A stretch of 64,000 bases of DNA from Deltaproteobacteria bacterium (GCA_020632695.1 JACKFB010000014.1:6231-70230); one strand, 5' to 3'. Shown: positions 21,024 to 32,800, numbered from the stretch's first letter. The notes: generated by a model from the letters alone, not told the origin. Translations and numbers: made by a program.

Positions 21024-23522
21024 ATGGAGCGCGTAACCTCCCCCTCCGTGACAGCCTCCCCCTCCGCGCCGCGCGTCCGCGTGCATCCGCGTCGCCCCGG
21101 CGGCGTGCTCGGCGTCCTGCTCCGCGCCGTGGTCGCGCTCGGCCTGTGGCTGGGTCTGCTCGGCGCCGCCGCCGTGGTCGCCGTGTACGCCTGGTACGCC
21201 CGCGACCTGCCGCGCCTGGACGGGTTCGACGACCTGAGCAGCGCTGGCGTCACCAGCTTCACCTCCGCCGACGGGCAGGTGGTGGGCGAGTGGTACCAGG
21301 AACGCCGCATCCTCATCCGGTGGGACCAGCTCCCGCGCCAGCTCGTGCTGGCGGTGCTGGCCGCCGAGGACGCTCGCTACTTCAGCCACAGCGGCGTCGA
21401 CTTCAAGGGTGTGCTGCGCGCCATGATCACCAACCTGCGCGCCGGCGACGTCCGCGAGGGCGCCAGCACCATCACCCAGCAGCTCGCCAAGACCCTGGTC
21501 GGCGCCGACCGCAGCTACGTGCGCAAGATCCGCGAGGCCATCCTGGCGCGGCGCATGGAGGACCTCTACAGCAAGCACCAGATCCTGACCTGGTACTTGA
21601 ACGCCGGCTTCCTGGGGCACGGGAGCTACGGCGTACAGGCCGCCGCGCAGAACTACTTCCGCAAGGATCTCTGGGACCTGGACCTGGCCGAGCTGGCGAC
21701 GATCGCCGGCTCCTTCCAGTCCCCCGGGCGGGTGAACCCGGCCGTGAACATGCCGGGGTCGCACGAACGCCTGGCGCACGTGCTGGCGCAGATGCAGCGC
21801 CGGGGATGGATCAGCGGCGAGGAGGCGCGGGCCGCGCTCCAGAAGGAGCTGGTCGTCTACCCGATGCGCGACCCGCTGGGCGACCACGTGCCCGAGTACA
21901 CCGAGGCGGTCCGGCGCGACATCGCCGCTCGCTATGACAAGGATGGGCGCTCCTGGCTGGACCTGGGGCTGAAGGTCTCGCTGGCGGTCGAGCCGGCCAT
22001 CCAGCGGGAGGCCTCGGCGGCGCTGCGCTCGGGCCTGGAGGAGGTCGCGCGCAAGCAGGGCTATCCGGGCCCGCTGGCGCGGCTGGGGCGTGACGCCTTC
22101 TTCGAGCGGGTGGCCGGGCAGCTCCCCGCCGAGGGTCCCCGCGAGGGCCAGCGCTACCTGGGCCGCGTGTCCAAGGCCAGCGCCAAGGAGGCCACCGTCG
22201 AGCTCGGTCCGAAGAGCGCCGGCACCCTCACCCTCGAGCGCACCCGCTGGGCGGTCCCCTACACCGAGCTCCCCGTCGACCCCAAGGGCGGCCGCGACCG
22301 CTCGAAGTCCGTCTCCTTCGAAGGCAAGCTGGGCGCCCTCGACAAGGCGCTGGCGCCGGGCGACGTGGTCTGGGTCGAGGCCTTGGCCGCCGAGGGCCAG
22401 GGGCAGCCGCTGGCCCTGGTCCCCATCCCGATGATGGAAGGTGCGCTCATCAGCTACCGCAACGTCTCCGGCGGCGTGGACGCCATGGTGGGCGCCTGGG
22501 ACTTCGACCGCAGCCAGGTCGACCGCACCCGGGCGCTGCGCCAGACGGGCTCGACGATGAAGCCCATCGCCTACTCCAAGGCCTACGACTCGGGCCTGCC
22601 GCCCTCGGCGCTCTTCTCGGGCGCGCCCTTCCGCGAGGGCACCTACAACCCGACCGGCGCTCGCTCCAAGGACGACATGCTGGTCTGGAACGCGCTGGTC
22701 AAGTCGGAGAACTCGGTGAGCCTGAGGGTGCTTCAGGACGTGCTGCGCCGTGCCGGCCTCCCCGCCTGGCAGGCCTGGGGACGCACCCTGGGGCTGAGCC
22801 GCCCGCTCGACGGGCACACCTCCGAGGTGCTGGGCGCCGACCAGACCCCCTTCGACATGGCCCACGCCTTCGGCGTCTTCGCCCTGCGGGGCATGGCGCC
22901 GGCGATGAACACCGTCCGCAAGGTGGTGGACGCCGAGGGCCACGTCCTCGAGCGCCACATCGGGCCGCTGGACCCATGGAGCGGCACGGCCGACGCCATC
23001 ACGGCGCTGTGGGAGTCGGTGCTGGTGCCGCGTGACCGCCTCATCGAGGCCAGCACCGCCTACCTCATCACCGCCAACCTGAACGAGGCGGTGAAGCGTG
23101 GCACCGGCAAGCGCGCCAAGATGGACGGCTACGAGGTCGCCGGCAAGACGGGGACGCTGCCCTACGACGTCTGGTTCGACGGCTACAACCACGACCGCAC
23201 GGCGGTGGTCTGGATCGGCGCCGACCGGCGCGAGCGGCCGGTGGGGCGCTCGGAGCGCTCGAACAAGATCTACGGCGGCGACGCCGCGGCGCCCATCTGG
23301 AAGGAGTTCATGGACTCGGTGCAGCCCTCGCGGGGCGTGGGCTCGCTGGTCGAGAAGCCCCCCGCCGACGTGACCTGGCTGCTGGTGGACCCGGACACCG
23401 GCCTGCTCGGCTGCGACGGCAAGGGCCAGCGCATCCCCCACAAGAAGGGCACCGAGCCCACCGAATGCGCCCTGCAGCCCGAGTCGCCGCAGAACGTCAT
23501 GGACGCCGAAACCAAATTCTGA
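21024..23522 (+). CDS. mrcA: Class A penicillin-binding protein (PBP1A-type, transglycosylase plus transpeptidase)
   Basis: GT51 motifs are AEDARYFSHSGVD, GASTITQQ and RKIREAILARRME. Transpeptidase motifs are STMKP (SxxK), SEN and KTGT. It has an N-terminal TM helix. The start was chosen at MERVTSPS; the upstream ATG at 20919 is also possible. Confidence 0.9.
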   Translation: MERVTSPSVTASPSAPRVRVHPRRPGGVLGVLLRAVVALGLWLGLLGAAAVVAVYAWYARDLPRLDGFDDLSSAGVTSFTSADGQVVGEWYQERRILIRWDQLPRQLVLAVLAAEDARYFSHSGVDFKGVLRAMITNLRAGDVREGASTITQQLAKTLVGADRSYVRKIREAILARRMEDLYSKHQILTWYLNAGFLGHGSYGVQAAAQNYFRKDLWDLDLAELATIAGSFQSPGRVNPAVNMPGSHERLAHVLAQMQRRGWISGEEARAALQKELVVYPMRDPLGDHVPEYTEAVRRDIAARYDKDGRSWLDLGLKVSLAVEPAIQREASAALRSGLEEVARKQGYPGPLARLGRDAFFERVAGQLPAEGPREGQRYLGRVSKASAKEATVELGPKSAGTLTLERTRWAVPYTELPVDPKGGRDRSKSVSFEGKLGALDKALAPGDVVWVEALAAEGQGQPLALVPIPMMEGALISYRNVSGGVDAMVGAWDFDRSQVDRTRALRQTGSTMKPIAYSKAYDSGLPPSALFSGAPFREGTYNPTGARSKDDMLVWNALVKSENSVSLRVLQDVLRRAGLPAWQAWGRTLGLSRPLDGHTSEVLGADQTPFDMAHAFGVFALRGMAPAMNTVRKVVDAEGHVLERHIGPLDPWSGTADAITALWESVLVPRDRLIEASTAYLITANLNEAVKRGTGKRAKMDGYEVAGKTGTLPYDVWFDGYNHDRTAVVWIGADRRERPVGRSERSNKIYGGDAAAPIWKEFMDSVQPSRGVGSLVEKPPADVTWLLVDPDTGLLGCDGKGQRIPHKKGTEPTECALQPESPQNVMDAETKF

Positions 23523-23540
23523 TCGAGGCGCCGCGCGGGA

Positions 23541-24010
<470 letters not shown>

Positions 24011-24175
24011 CGCCATGGGTTCGGTCTCTTGCCGGGGGTTCGGGCTCTCGTTTCGGCGTTGACAACCTGCCACCGGCATTCGAATTTGGGCGGTGATGCG
24101 CGCTCTCGGACCTGCCGCGACGCGTTCGAGACGCTGTGTCGGCTCCTTTGTCGGGCCGAGACACCCCGAGACGCG

Positions 24176-27100
24176 ATGAGGTTTGGGATGGCCGGGCGCG
24201 CGACACGATGGTTCTCGTTGGCTCTGGCGCTCGCGTGGGCGCACCCCGCGTTCGCGGGCGACCCGGGATGGGAGAGCGATCCCTTCGCGGCCGCGCCGGC
24301 GGAGCTGCTCGCCGCCGCCGAGGGACCCAGCCCCGCGGGCGCCGACGTGGAGGTGCTGCTGGAGCACGGCGCCTACGCCTACGACGCCGAGGGCCGCCAG
24401 AGCCTGCGCACCGTCCGGGTGTTCCGCATCCTCACCCCGGCCGGCATCTCGGGCTGGCAGAGCTTCGGGACCTCGTGGCTGCCTTCGACCGACGACGCCC
24501 CCACGCTGCGGGCGCGGGTCGTGACGCCGGCGGGGCAAGCGTACGATCTGGACCCGGCGACCATCGCCGACTCCGGTGCCGACGTCCGCTCGAGCGAGCA
24601 GTTCGACGACAGCCGCGTCATGCGCGCCCCGCTGCCGGCGCTCCAGGTGGGCGCGGTCGTGGTCGAGGAGCGCGCCGTCCGCGAGCACACGCCCTTCTTC
24701 CGCGGTGGCCGCGGGTCGGGCTGGAGCTTCCAGCTCTCCGTGCCGGTGCGCCACACCCGGCTCGAGCTGCGCTCTCCGAAATCCCACCCGCTGCGCTGGC
24801 GAGCCCAGCGCCTGGAGATCACGCCCACCACGACCAAGGACGGCGACGAGGTGGTGCTCACCTTCGACGGCGGCCCCACCCCGGCGCTCGAGGACCTGCC
24901 GCCGGCGCTGCCCCACGACGCCGAGGGCTGGCCCGGCGTGACCTGGACCACCGGGACGACCTGGCGCGACGCCGCGCGCTCCTATGCCGAGATGATCGCG
25001 CCCGTGCTCGCGAGCACGGTGTCCCAGGCGGACTTCGCGGCGGCGGTGGGCGACGCCAAGGGCCGGGACGCGATCATCGCGCGCGCAGCGGCCTACGTTC
25101 AGGGGAACGTGCGCTACACGGCGCTCAACTTCGGTGAAGGCGCGATCGTGCCGCGTACGCCCGAGCAGACGCTGGCGCGCGGCTACGGCGACTGCAAGGA
25201 CAAGGCCACGCTGCTGGTCGCGCTCCTGTCGCGGGCCGGCATCCGCGCGCACCTGGCGCTGCTGCAGCCCGGCGAAGGACCCGATCTGCGCCCGGACCTC
25301 CCCTCGCTCAGCCCCTTCAGCCACGCCATCGTGTACATCCCGGGCAAGCCCGAGCTGTGGATCGACGGCACCGCGCGCGACGTGCCGGTGGGCGCGCTGC
25401 CCTCCGGCGACCAGGAGCGCCTGGCGCTCATCATCGCGCCCGACACCAAGGGGCTGGTCCTGACGCCCGGCTCGTCGGTGGGTGAGCACTGGAAGCGCTC
25501 GCGACGGGTGATCCGCCTCTCCCGCAGCGCCCCGCCCGAGCTGAGCTTCGAGACGACCTACGGCGGCTCGGCGGCCGGGTCCACCTTGCGTGCCTGGTGC
25601 CGCGAGCGCGACCCCGAGGAGGACCGCGCCCAGATCTCGCGCCATCTGGACTCGGACTTCTTCGGTGCCCGGCTGGTGTCCGGCCCCGAGTGCGAGGCCC
25701 CGCCGGCGCTGGACGAGCCCGTGCGCCGCGCATACACGGCGACCGCCCCGGGCATCGTCGCCACCGACGCCAGCGAGGACATGGAGGTCACCCTGGTGCT
25801 GACCAGCCTGACCTCGTGGCTGCCGGACGCGTGGACCCAGCCTCCAGCCGCCGGGCCCAGCGGCGACGAGGCGCGGCAGCGGGACGCCGCGTGGCTGGAG
25901 CGCCCCGAGGACGTCGAGCTGGACGTACCCCACCGCGTCGAGGTGCAGTACCGGATCGAGCCGCCCATCGGCATGGTCGCCAAGGACCTGCCCCCCTCGC
26001 GCACGCTGCCGCTGGGTGGCGGCTCGCTGCGCGAGCGCTTCGAGGTGACGGCGGATGGCGCGCTGGAGGCGTCCTTCGCCCTCGAGACCGGGCCGCGGCG
26101 CATGAGCACGGCCGCTGCGCGCGAGGCCATCGAGGGCGTGCGCGCCTGGCTGGCCGAGCCCATGGTGAGGGTGACCTTCGCCTACGCGCCGCTCGAGCTG
26201 GAGCGCGCCGGCAGGATCGCCGACGCGTTGGCGGCCTTGCGGTCTCTGGCCGAGCGCGACACGGCCACGCAGCTCCACACCGATCACCTGGTGCGCATCC
26301 TCGGGGAGGTCGGGCTGCCGAGCATCGCCCGGGAGGAGGCCGAGAAGGGGACGCGGCTGCGACCCGACGACCCGGCGGCGCACTTCCTGCTGGGGCTCGC
26401 CCGCTCCAACGGCGCGTATGGCTCGGAGAAGATCCGGGGGATGGACCTGGAGGGCGCGACGAAGGCCTATCGCCGGGCGCTGGAGCTGGACCCGACCCTG
26501 TCGGGCGTGCGCCTCAACCTGGGGCTGCTGCTGGCGCTCGGCACCGACGGCGTCACGTTCAGCCCGCTCGCCGACCTGGACGGGGCCGCCGAGGTGTTGC
26601 GCGGGGCGACCGACGACGCCGGGCGCCTGCAGGTCGCCGCCGCCCTGATGGCCGTGCTCATCTCGGCCGGGCGCAGCGCCGAGGCCGTCAAGGTGGCCGA
26701 GGGGCTCGAGCTGCCGGCGAGCGCGCGCCAGACCCGCCTCGCGGCGCTCGCGGCTACCCAGGGACTCGAGGCGGCGCGTCAGCAAGCCGCGCGCTGGTAT
26801 CCGGACGCGGACCAGCGGCGCGCGGCGCTGGACGGGGCGGCGGACTTCGCCGTCGCCGCTCGCGACTACCCGCTGGCCGCCGCCCTCGTCGCGAGCAGCC
26901 CCAGCTCCAGCGCGGAGGCCAGCGCGCGCTCCACCCGGGTCAGCACCCTCCAGAAGACGCGCCGAGTGGATCCGACCACCCTCGACCCGAGCGAGCCCTG
27001 CACGCCGCTGTGGAGGGCCCTGGCGGAGCTGATGGGCCCCGCATCCGAGGCGAGCGACGAGGCCATCCTGGCGCAGTTCGCCACGCCGACGAGGTCCTGG

Positions 27101-28351
27101 TACGACGGCGAGCGCCCGGACGGCTGGTTCGATCGCAGCACCTTCGCGGCGCTTCGCCACAAGGGAATCAGCACTCCTACGAACCTGGATCTCACGTTGA
27201 GCCTCGGCCGCTGCGAGGTCCTGGAGACGGTCGGGGACGCCGCTCAGTTGGAGTTGAGCATCAGCGTGGGTGGCCAGGGGCCGAGCCGCCCGTGGGTGGT
27301 GCGCGAGAAGGACGGCTATCGCCTGGTCGGGGACCTGCAGATGCGGCCCTTCGCGTTGATGCTGCGCGACCGGCTGCAGGCGGGCGATCTGACGGCGGCG
27401 CGCGCCTGGGCGGCGCGGGCTCGCGAGCGGCTGCCGCGGGCGACGCCCGAGGTCTTCGAGGCCATCCTGAGCGGCGCCTGGCCCACGGGCGACCCGCTCT
27501 CGGAGCAGGAGCTGCGCCTGGTCGACGGGTTGGCGAACATCGGCGACGAGACGGCGACCGAGGTGGTCGGGCGCGTCGAAGAGGCCGCGACGCAAGAGAG
27601 CGATCCGGCACGACGCGACGCCCTCACCGCCTGGCGGGTCGTGGTGCTCGGCGGCGCCGAGCGCTACGACCTGGCGCTTCCGCTCATCGAGGCGCTCCGG
27701 GCGGCGCACCCCGACGATCTCTCGGTCATCGCCTACCAGGCCGAGCACCTCTTCGACGCCGGCCGGACCGACGACGCGGCTGCGCTCGCCCGCGAGGCGC
27801 TCGCCCGCCGCGATTCGGATCCGTACGCGTCGCGGATGAGCACGCTCATCGCCCTGGCCCTGAAGAAGGGAGGCGACGAGCCGGGCTACTGGTCCACGTT
27901 GCGCCAGGCGTGCGAGCGCCCGAGCGGCAGCAGCTCGCTCTGCAACGACCTCGCCTGGAGGCTGACCGCCGTGCCGGGTCAGGGCGCCGAGGCGGCTCGC
28001 CTGGCGCTGGTGGCCAACGAGAAGAGCAGGTTCGCCAGCGCGGCGACCCTGGACACGCTCATGGTGGCGCTGGCCGAGCACGGGGACCTGGCTCAGGCGG
28101 TCGCCTATGGGCGCAGCATCGCCGAGAACGGCAAGCGGGCGTCGCCACCGAGCGACGAGTTCGTGACGGCGCGGCTGGCCGAGACCTACGGCTACCCGGA
28201 CCGCGCCGAGGCGGGCTACCGGCGCCTGCTGGACGCGAAGGGCAGCGGGACCATCCTGCAGGCCCTCGCCGAGCGCCACCTCGCGGCCCTCACCGCGGGA
28301 GGTCGGGCGACGGAGGGCCGCGCAGGCCCGCCCGCCACTGCGCCGCGCTGA
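24176..28351 (+). CDS. Large secreted transglutaminase-like (DUF3857 plus TGc core) protein with a long C-terminal TPR/helical region
   Basis: It has a signal peptide [16 protein letters not shown] and the transglutaminase-core motif [27 protein letters not shown]. About 900 aa of Ala/Leu-rich helical-repeat sequence follow. The ORF in the track starts at 23465 but upstream residues are repeat-derived; ATG 24176 was chosen. Confidence 0.75.
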   Translation: MRFGMAGRATRWFSLALALAWAHPAFAGDPGWESDPFAAAPAELLAAAEGPSPAGADVEVLLEHGAYAYDAEGRQSLRTVRVFRILTPAGISGWQSFGTSWLPSTDDAPTLRARVVTPAGQAYDLDPATIADSGADVRSSEQFDDSRVMRAPLPALQVGAVVVEERAVREHTPFFRGGRGSGWSFQLSVPVRHTRLELRSPKSHPLRWRAQRLEITPTTTKDGDEVVLTFDGGPTPALEDLPPALPHDAEGWPGVTWTTGTTWRDAARSYAEMIAPVLASTVSQADFAAAVGDAKGRDAIIARAAAYVQGNVRYTALNFGEGAIVPRTPEQTLARGYGDCKDKATLLVALLSRAGIRAHLALLQPGEGPDLRPDLPSLSPFSHAIVYIPGKPELWIDGTARDVPVGALPSGDQERLALIIAPDTKGLVLTPGSSVGEHWKRSRRVIRLSRSAPPELSFETTYGGSAAGSTLRAWCRERDPEEDRAQISRHLDSDFFGARLVSGPECEAPPALDEPVRRAYTATAPGIVATDASEDMEVTLVLTSLTSWLPDAWTQPPAAGPSGDEARQRDAAWLERPEDVELDVPHRVEVQYRIEPPIGMVAKDLPPSRTLPLGGGSLRERFEVTADGALEASFALETGPRRMSTAAAREAIEGVRAWLAEPMVRVTFAYAPLELERAGRIADALAALRSLAERDTATQLHTDHLVRILGEVGLPSIAREEAEKGTRLRPDDPAAHFLLGLARSNGAYGSEKIRGMDLEGATKAYRRALELDPTLSGVRLNLGLLLALGTDGVTFSPLADLDGAAEVLRGATDDAGRLQVAAALMAVLISAGRSAEAVKVAEGLELPASARQTRLAALAATQGLEAARQQAARWYPDADQRRAALDGAADFAVAARDYPLAAALVASSPSSSAEASARSTRVSTLQKTRRVDPTTLDPSEPCTPLWRALAELMGPASEASDEAILAQFATPTRSWYDGERPDGWFDRSTFAALRHKGISTPTNLDLTLSLGRCEVLETVGDAAQLELSISVGGQGPSRPWVVREKDGYRLVGDLQMRPFALMLRDRLQAGDLTAARAWAARARERLPRATPEVFEAILSGAWPTGDPLSEQELRLVDGLANIGDETATEVVGRVEEAATQESDPARRDALTAWRVVVLGGAERYDLALPLIEALRAAHPDDLSVIAYQAEHLFDAGRTDDAAALAREALARRDSDPYASRMSTLIALALKKGGDEPGYWSTLRQACERPSGSSSLCNDLAWRLTAVPGQGAEAARLALVANEKSRFASAATLDTLMVALAEHGDLAQAVAYGRSIAENGKRASPPSDEFVTARLAETYGYPDRAEAGYRRLLDAKGSGTILQALAERHLAALTAGGRATEGRAGPPATAPR

Positions 28352-28504
28352 GGCTTCGCCGAACGGGCGCCCATCGGAACCGTGGCTTGCTGGGGCACGC
28401 GTCGCGCCGTATGATTCGCCGCCGCTTCCGCCGCGAGGATGAAGGCCATCCGGACGCGTGGGTCGGAGGCGGCATGTCCGGGGCCGTGCCCCGGGAGAAA
28501 GACG

Positions 28505-28858
28505 ATGTTCGGCCTGGGAACCTGGGAGTTGGCGCTCATCCTCGTGGCGGCCCTCATCTTCATCGGACCGAACAAGCTGCCCGATCTGGCGCGAAACCTG
28601 GGCAAGGGCGTGCGCGAGATGCGTCGCGCGATGGCCGGGTTCGAGCGCGAGGTGCAGGAGGCGTCGCGGCTGGAGGACGAACCGTCCCCGCCCGCGAAGG
28701 CTGACAAGGCCGCGGCGAGCGCCGGCGGCGCGCCCGGCGGCACCGGGGCGGCCTCGGGCGAACCCGGGCCCGATGGTCGCGTCGGTCGTGCGGCTCCGCA
28801 CGCGCCCGTGGCGCCGACGGCCAACGCCGCCCCCGACGCGGAGTCCAAGGACGCGTGA
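28505..28858 (+). CDS. tatB: Sec-independent translocase TatA/TatB family protein
   Basis: N-terminus is MFGLGTWELALILVAALIFIGPNKLPDLARNLGKGVREMRRA (TM helix plus amphipathic helix) with a Pro/Ala-rich tail. Its TGA is overlapped by the GTG of tatC. Confidence 0.8.
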   Translation: MFGLGTWELALILVAALIFIGPNKLPDLARNLGKGVREMRRAMAGFEREVQEASRLEDEPSPPAKADKAAASAGGAPGGTGAASGEPGPDGRVGRAAPHAPVAPTANAAPDAESKDA

Positions 28859-30657
28859 GCGACACCGCGGTCATGTCCTTCCGCGAGCACCTCGCGGAGC
28901 TCAGGACCCGGCTCATCCGCGTCGCGGCCATCCTGGCCGTCGGCTTCTTCGTCTGCTGGTCCTGGCGGATCGAGCTCTTCGGCCTGCTCTCGGGCCCGAT
29001 CGCCCGCGCCCTGGCCGACAACGGCGTCTACCACTTCCAGGCGATCGAGATCACCGAGAGCATCATGGTCTACATCAAGACCTCGCTCGTCGCCGCCGCC
29101 GTCCTCACCAGCCCGCTGACCTTCTGGCAGCTCTGGTCCTTCATCAGCCCGGGGCTGCTGGACAACGAACGCCGCTTCATCGTCCCGGTGACCTTCTTCA
29201 CGGTCATCTTCTTCCTCATCGGCTGCGCCTTCGCCTACGAGGTCATCCTCCCCTTCATCACCGACTGGCTGGTCAAGCTCACCCTCGAGGGCGGCCAGGC
29301 CGATGTCGTGGTGACGCTGCAGAACGCCTACTCCACGTCCATCGTGTTCCTGCTGATCTTCGGGCTCACCTTCGAGCTGCCCCTGGTCATCTTCTTCCTG
29401 GCGCTGTTCGGCATCGTCAACTACCGCAGCCTCCTCCGCTTCTTCCGCTACTTCGTCGTGCTCTCCTTCGTCATCGGCGCGATCCTCACCCCGCCCGACC
29501 CGATGAGCCAGGTGCTGATGGCGGTCCCGCTGAACGTGCTCTACGCGTTCGGCATCCTCGTCGCCTGGGGCGTGGACCGCTCGCGCGGCGAGGACGGGCG
29601 CGCCACGGCGGTCGGCGCCACGGTCACCCGCATCTTCGGCGCCTCCTTGTTGCTGGTCGGCCTCGCGGCAGCGCTGGTGGTGGTGTTCATCCGCAGCCTG
29701 CCCGAGAAGGAGCTCAGCAGCCTGCTGCCGGCGGAGATCACCTGGTTCGTCGGGGCCAACCCCGCGATCATCGAAGAGAACCGCTTGCTGCTGCCCGATC
29801 TTCGCGACCAGCTCGGCGGCTCCCCGTGGCTGGCCGCCCTCGGCGCGGCGGGTCTGAGCGTCGCCGACGTCCATGACGCGGCCCTCGCCGGCACCAGCAC
29901 CGGCAGCCGGGTCCTGCTGGTGCGCGCCGACGGTCTGGGTTTGCGCGTCGCCACCCTGGGCCAGGGCCTGCCCGAGGGCAGCCTGGCGACCCGCGTCGAC
30001 GAGGACACGGTCGCCATCGGCGACGCAGCGCTCGCGGAGTCGGTCGCGGCGGTGGCCCGTGGCGACGTCGACGGTGAGCGGCCCGACGACGACGAGGCGC
30101 GCCTGCTGGTGGCGCTGCGCGGCAGCGGCCCGGTGTGGGCGTGGCTGCCCGAGCCGGGCGCCCACGCCAGCGCGCTGCTGGCCGGCGGCATCGGCAGCGA
30201 GATCACCGCGGCGGGCGGCTGGCTGCGAGGCGGAGAGAACGCCCGGATCTCCCTGGTCTTCCACGCGCCGGACCGCGCCCTGGCCGACGAGCTGGAGACC
30301 CACCTGGACGTGCTGCGCAGCCAGGGCCCCGCCACCGCCGAGAGCCCCCGCGAGGCCGCGCTCGCCCAAGCGCTCGCCGCGCTGGCCCGCGAGGTGAAGC
30401 CCCTGGTCGCCCCCGAGCGCCGCGCCGGCGTCGAGGCCCTCGAGGCCCAGGTCACCGCCCTGCACCCGAAGCAGCCCACCTTCCAGCTCCCGGGCCTCAC
30501 CGCCCTGGGCACCCGCGCCACCGGGTGGGCCTTGCGGCGCCAGGACCTCCGCGTCTCGCTGACCGCCGACCTCGACCAGGAGAGCCTGCGCAGCCTCCTC
30601 CAGCCGCTGGGCCGCGCGCTCACCTCGGGTGCCCTCGCCCCGAGCGACGCCCCGTGA
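28855..30657 (+). CDS. tatC: TatC with a ~350-aa C-terminal extension (extra TM helix plus soluble domain)
   Basis: TatC signatures are HLAELRTRLIR, FWQLWSFISPGL and TPPDPMSQVLMAVPLNVLYAF, within the first ~250 aa. The same frame stays open with strongly GC3-biased codons to 30657. It includes the TM helix IFGASLLLVGLAAALVVVFI. The ORF ends in a GTGA overlap with cstA. Confidence 0.75.
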   Translation: MSDTAVMSFREHLAELRTRLIRVAAILAVGFFVCWSWRIELFGLLSGPIARALADNGVYHFQAIEITESIMVYIKTSLVAAAVLTSPLTFWQLWSFISPGLLDNERRFIVPVTFFTVIFFLIGCAFAYEVILPFITDWLVKLTLEGGQADVVVTLQNAYSTSIVFLLIFGLTFELPLVIFFLALFGIVNYRSLLRFFRYFVVLSFVIGAILTPPDPMSQVLMAVPLNVLYAFGILVAWGVDRSRGEDGRATAVGATVTRIFGASLLLVGLAAALVVVFIRSLPEKELSSLLPAEITWFVGANPAIIEENRLLLPDLRDQLGGSPWLAALGAAGLSVADVHDAALAGTSTGSRVLLVRADGLGLRVATLGQGLPEGSLATRVDEDTVAIGDAALAESVAAVARGDVDGERPDDDEARLLVALRGSGPVWAWLPEPGAHASALLAGGIGSEITAAGGWLRGGENARISLVFHAPDRALADELETHLDVLRSQGPATAESPREAALAQALAALAREVKPLVAPERRAGVEALEAQVTALHPKQPTFQLPGLTALGTRATGWALRRQDLRVSLTADLDQESLRSLLQPLGRALTSGALAPSDAP

Positions 30658-32396
30658 ACGCCGCCCACGCCGCCGCCGCCGCCCTCGCCGCCTACCTCGT
30701 CGGCTACTTCGTCTACAGCCGCTTCCTCGCGAACCGCGTCTTCGGCCTGCGCCCCGACGCCGTCACGCCCGCCCACGCGCTCGAGGACGGCGTCGACTTC
30801 GTCCCCACCCGCCGCGGCGTCCTCTTCGGCCACCACTACGCCTCCATCGCCGGGCTCTCCCCCGTGTTGGGGCCGGCCGTCGCCGTCATCTGGGGGTGGC
30901 TCCCGGCGCTCACCTGGGTGGTGCTCGGCGCGCTGCTCATCGGCTGCGTCCACGACTTCGGCGCGCTGGTCCTGAGCGTCCGCGCCCGCGGCGTCAGCAT
31001 CGGCAAGGTCGCCGAGGGCATCATCGGCAAGCGCGCCAAGACGCTGTTCCACCTCATCATCTTCTTCCTGGTCGCCCTGGGCATGGGCGTCTTCGTGTAC
31101 GTCATCGCCTTCCTCTTCCGCCCGGCCACCGGCGCCGAGGACCCGGCGATCCACTTCCCCCAGGCCGTGCTCCCGTCGGCGGGGCTGATGCTCATCGCCG
31201 CGGCCGTCGGCTGGCTCGGCTACCGGCGCGGGCTGTCGTGGCGCATCCTCACGCCGCTCGGCTTCGGCCTGCTCCTGGCGCTGGTGTGGCTCGGCGTCGA
31301 CCAGGACCTGCTCGCCACCCTCGGCACCGCCGACCCGGCCCGGGCCCCCGGCCAGCTCGGCTGGAGCCTCATCCTCCTGGCCTACGCCTTCGCCGCCGCC
31401 GTGCTGCCGGTGTGGAGCCTCCTCCAGCCGCGCGACTTCCTGAACAGCCTCCTGCTCTACGTCGGCCTCGGCGGGCTGTTCGCCGGCATCTTCGTCCTCC
31501 AGCCCGCCTTCGTCGCCCCGGCCCTGCGCCCCCACCCCGAGGGCGCCCCCAGCCTCTTCCCCTTCGTGTTCATCGTCATCGCCTGCGGCGCCGCGTCCGG
31601 CTTCCACAGCCTGGTCTCCAGCGGCACCACGGCCAAGCAGCTCGACCGCGAGACCGACGCCCGGCTCATCGGGTACGGAGGCATGATCGGCGAGTCCCTC
31701 CTCGGCCTCATCGCGGTGCTCGCCACCACCGCCGGCCTGCTCAGCGCCGACGAGTGGTCGACCCAGTACGCCACCTGGGACAGCGTCAAGGGGCTCGGCG
31801 CCCAGGTCGGCGCCTTCATCCACGGCTCCTCGACCTTCCTCGCGGCGCTGGGCATCGAACGCTACGCGGCCGCCTCCTTCATCAGCCTCATCGTCGTCAG
31901 CTACGCCCTCACCTCGCTCGACTCGGCCACCCGCCTGCTCCGCTACAACCTGGAGGAGATGGGCGAGACCATGGGCATCGGCCTGCTGCGCAACCGCTAC
32001 GTCTCGGCGGCGCTCGCCGTGGGCGCCATCGCCGTGTTCGCCTTCCTGCGCCTGGACGGCAAGCCCGCCGGCCTGGCGCTCTGGGCGCTCTTCGGCACCA
32101 CCAACCAGCTCCTCGCCGGCCTGGCCTTGCTGGCCATCACCCTCTACCTCCTGCGCCGCGGCCGCCTCTGGGTGGTGACCGCCATCCCCATGGTGCTGCT
32201 CCTGAGCGTCACCCTGTGGGCGATGGCCGTGAACATCGTCCAGTTCTACCAGGACCAGGCCTGGCTCCTCCTCGCCGTCGGAAGCCTCCTCCTGGTGCTA
32301 GGCGTCTGGCTGGTCATCGAAGCCGCCCTCTCCGTCCTCCGCTTCCGCCGCTCCGGAGCCCGCATCGAAGGCCTCGACATAGCGCTACCCGGCTGA
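30654..32396 (+). CDS. cstA: Carbon starvation protein CstA family transporter
   Basis: The segment GVLFGHHYASIAGLSPVLGPAVAVIWGWLPALTWVVLGALLIGCVHDFGALVLSVRARGVSIGKVAE aligns with the E. coli CstA N-terminal region. It is polytopic. The GTG start overlaps the tatC stop. It is shorter (~580 aa) than E. coli CstA and lacks the first TM helix. Confidence 0.8.
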   Translation: MNAAHAAAAALAAYLVGYFVYSRFLANRVFGLRPDAVTPAHALEDGVDFVPTRRGVLFGHHYASIAGLSPVLGPAVAVIWGWLPALTWVVLGALLIGCVHDFGALVLSVRARGVSIGKVAEGIIGKRAKTLFHLIIFFLVALGMGVFVYVIAFLFRPATGAEDPAIHFPQAVLPSAGLMLIAAAVGWLGYRRGLSWRILTPLGFGLLLALVWLGVDQDLLATLGTADPARAPGQLGWSLILLAYAFAAAVLPVWSLLQPRDFLNSLLLYVGLGGLFAGIFVLQPAFVAPALRPHPEGAPSLFPFVFIVIACGAASGFHSLVSSGTTAKQLDRETDARLIGYGGMIGESLLGLIAVLATTAGLLSADEWSTQYATWDSVKGLGAQVGAFIHGSSTFLAALGIERYAAASFISLIVVSYALTSLDSATRLLRYNLEEMGETMGIGLLRNRYVSAALAVGAIAVFAFLRLDGKPAGLALWALFGTTNQLLAGLALLAITLYLLRRGRLWVVTAIPMVLLLSVTLWAMAVNIVQFYQDQAWLLLAVGSLLLVLGVWLVIEAALSVLRFRRSGARIEGLDIALPG

Positions 32397-32399
32397 AAG

Positions 32400-32800
32400 G
32401 AACCGAGCCCGGAACCGAGACCGAGACCGAGACCGACCCCGAAACCGAGACCGAGTCCGAGCCCGAGCCCGAGCCCGAGCCCGAGACCGACACCGACACC
32501 GACACCGACACCGAGCCCGAGCCCGAATCGGAGACCGCCACCGAGCCCGCGCCCGAGCCCGCCACAGAAACCGAGCCGACCGAGCCGACCGAGCCCACCG
32601 CCCCCGACCCCGCCCGAGCCCCCACGCCGAGCCCTGAAGGCGCCCGTTCCGAGGCGCCGGCAGCGGCTGCTGCGGGCGTCGTGGGCAAGGAGCGAGCGAG
32701 GGCGCACCGAGTCGGGCTTCAGCCCGTCGCAGGCCTGACCCGAGCGAGCGACGCCGGCCACGGCGCCCGCAGCAGTCGCTGACGGTGCCTCGATCTATAT
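32400..32800 (-). repeat. Intergenic repeat element copy C (inverted relative to copies A and B)
   Basis: The reverse-complemented core is at 32698-32744. Outer stems are at 32658-32678 and 32765-32786. A (GAGACC/GAGCCC)n tract lies at 32405-32640. The element sits between the convergent cstA and mutase genes. Confidence 0.8.

Noticed and set aside
21015-23441. 808-aa ORF on minus strand
   Set aside because: It is antisense to the PBP1A gene, whose GT51 and transpeptidase motifs are unambiguous.
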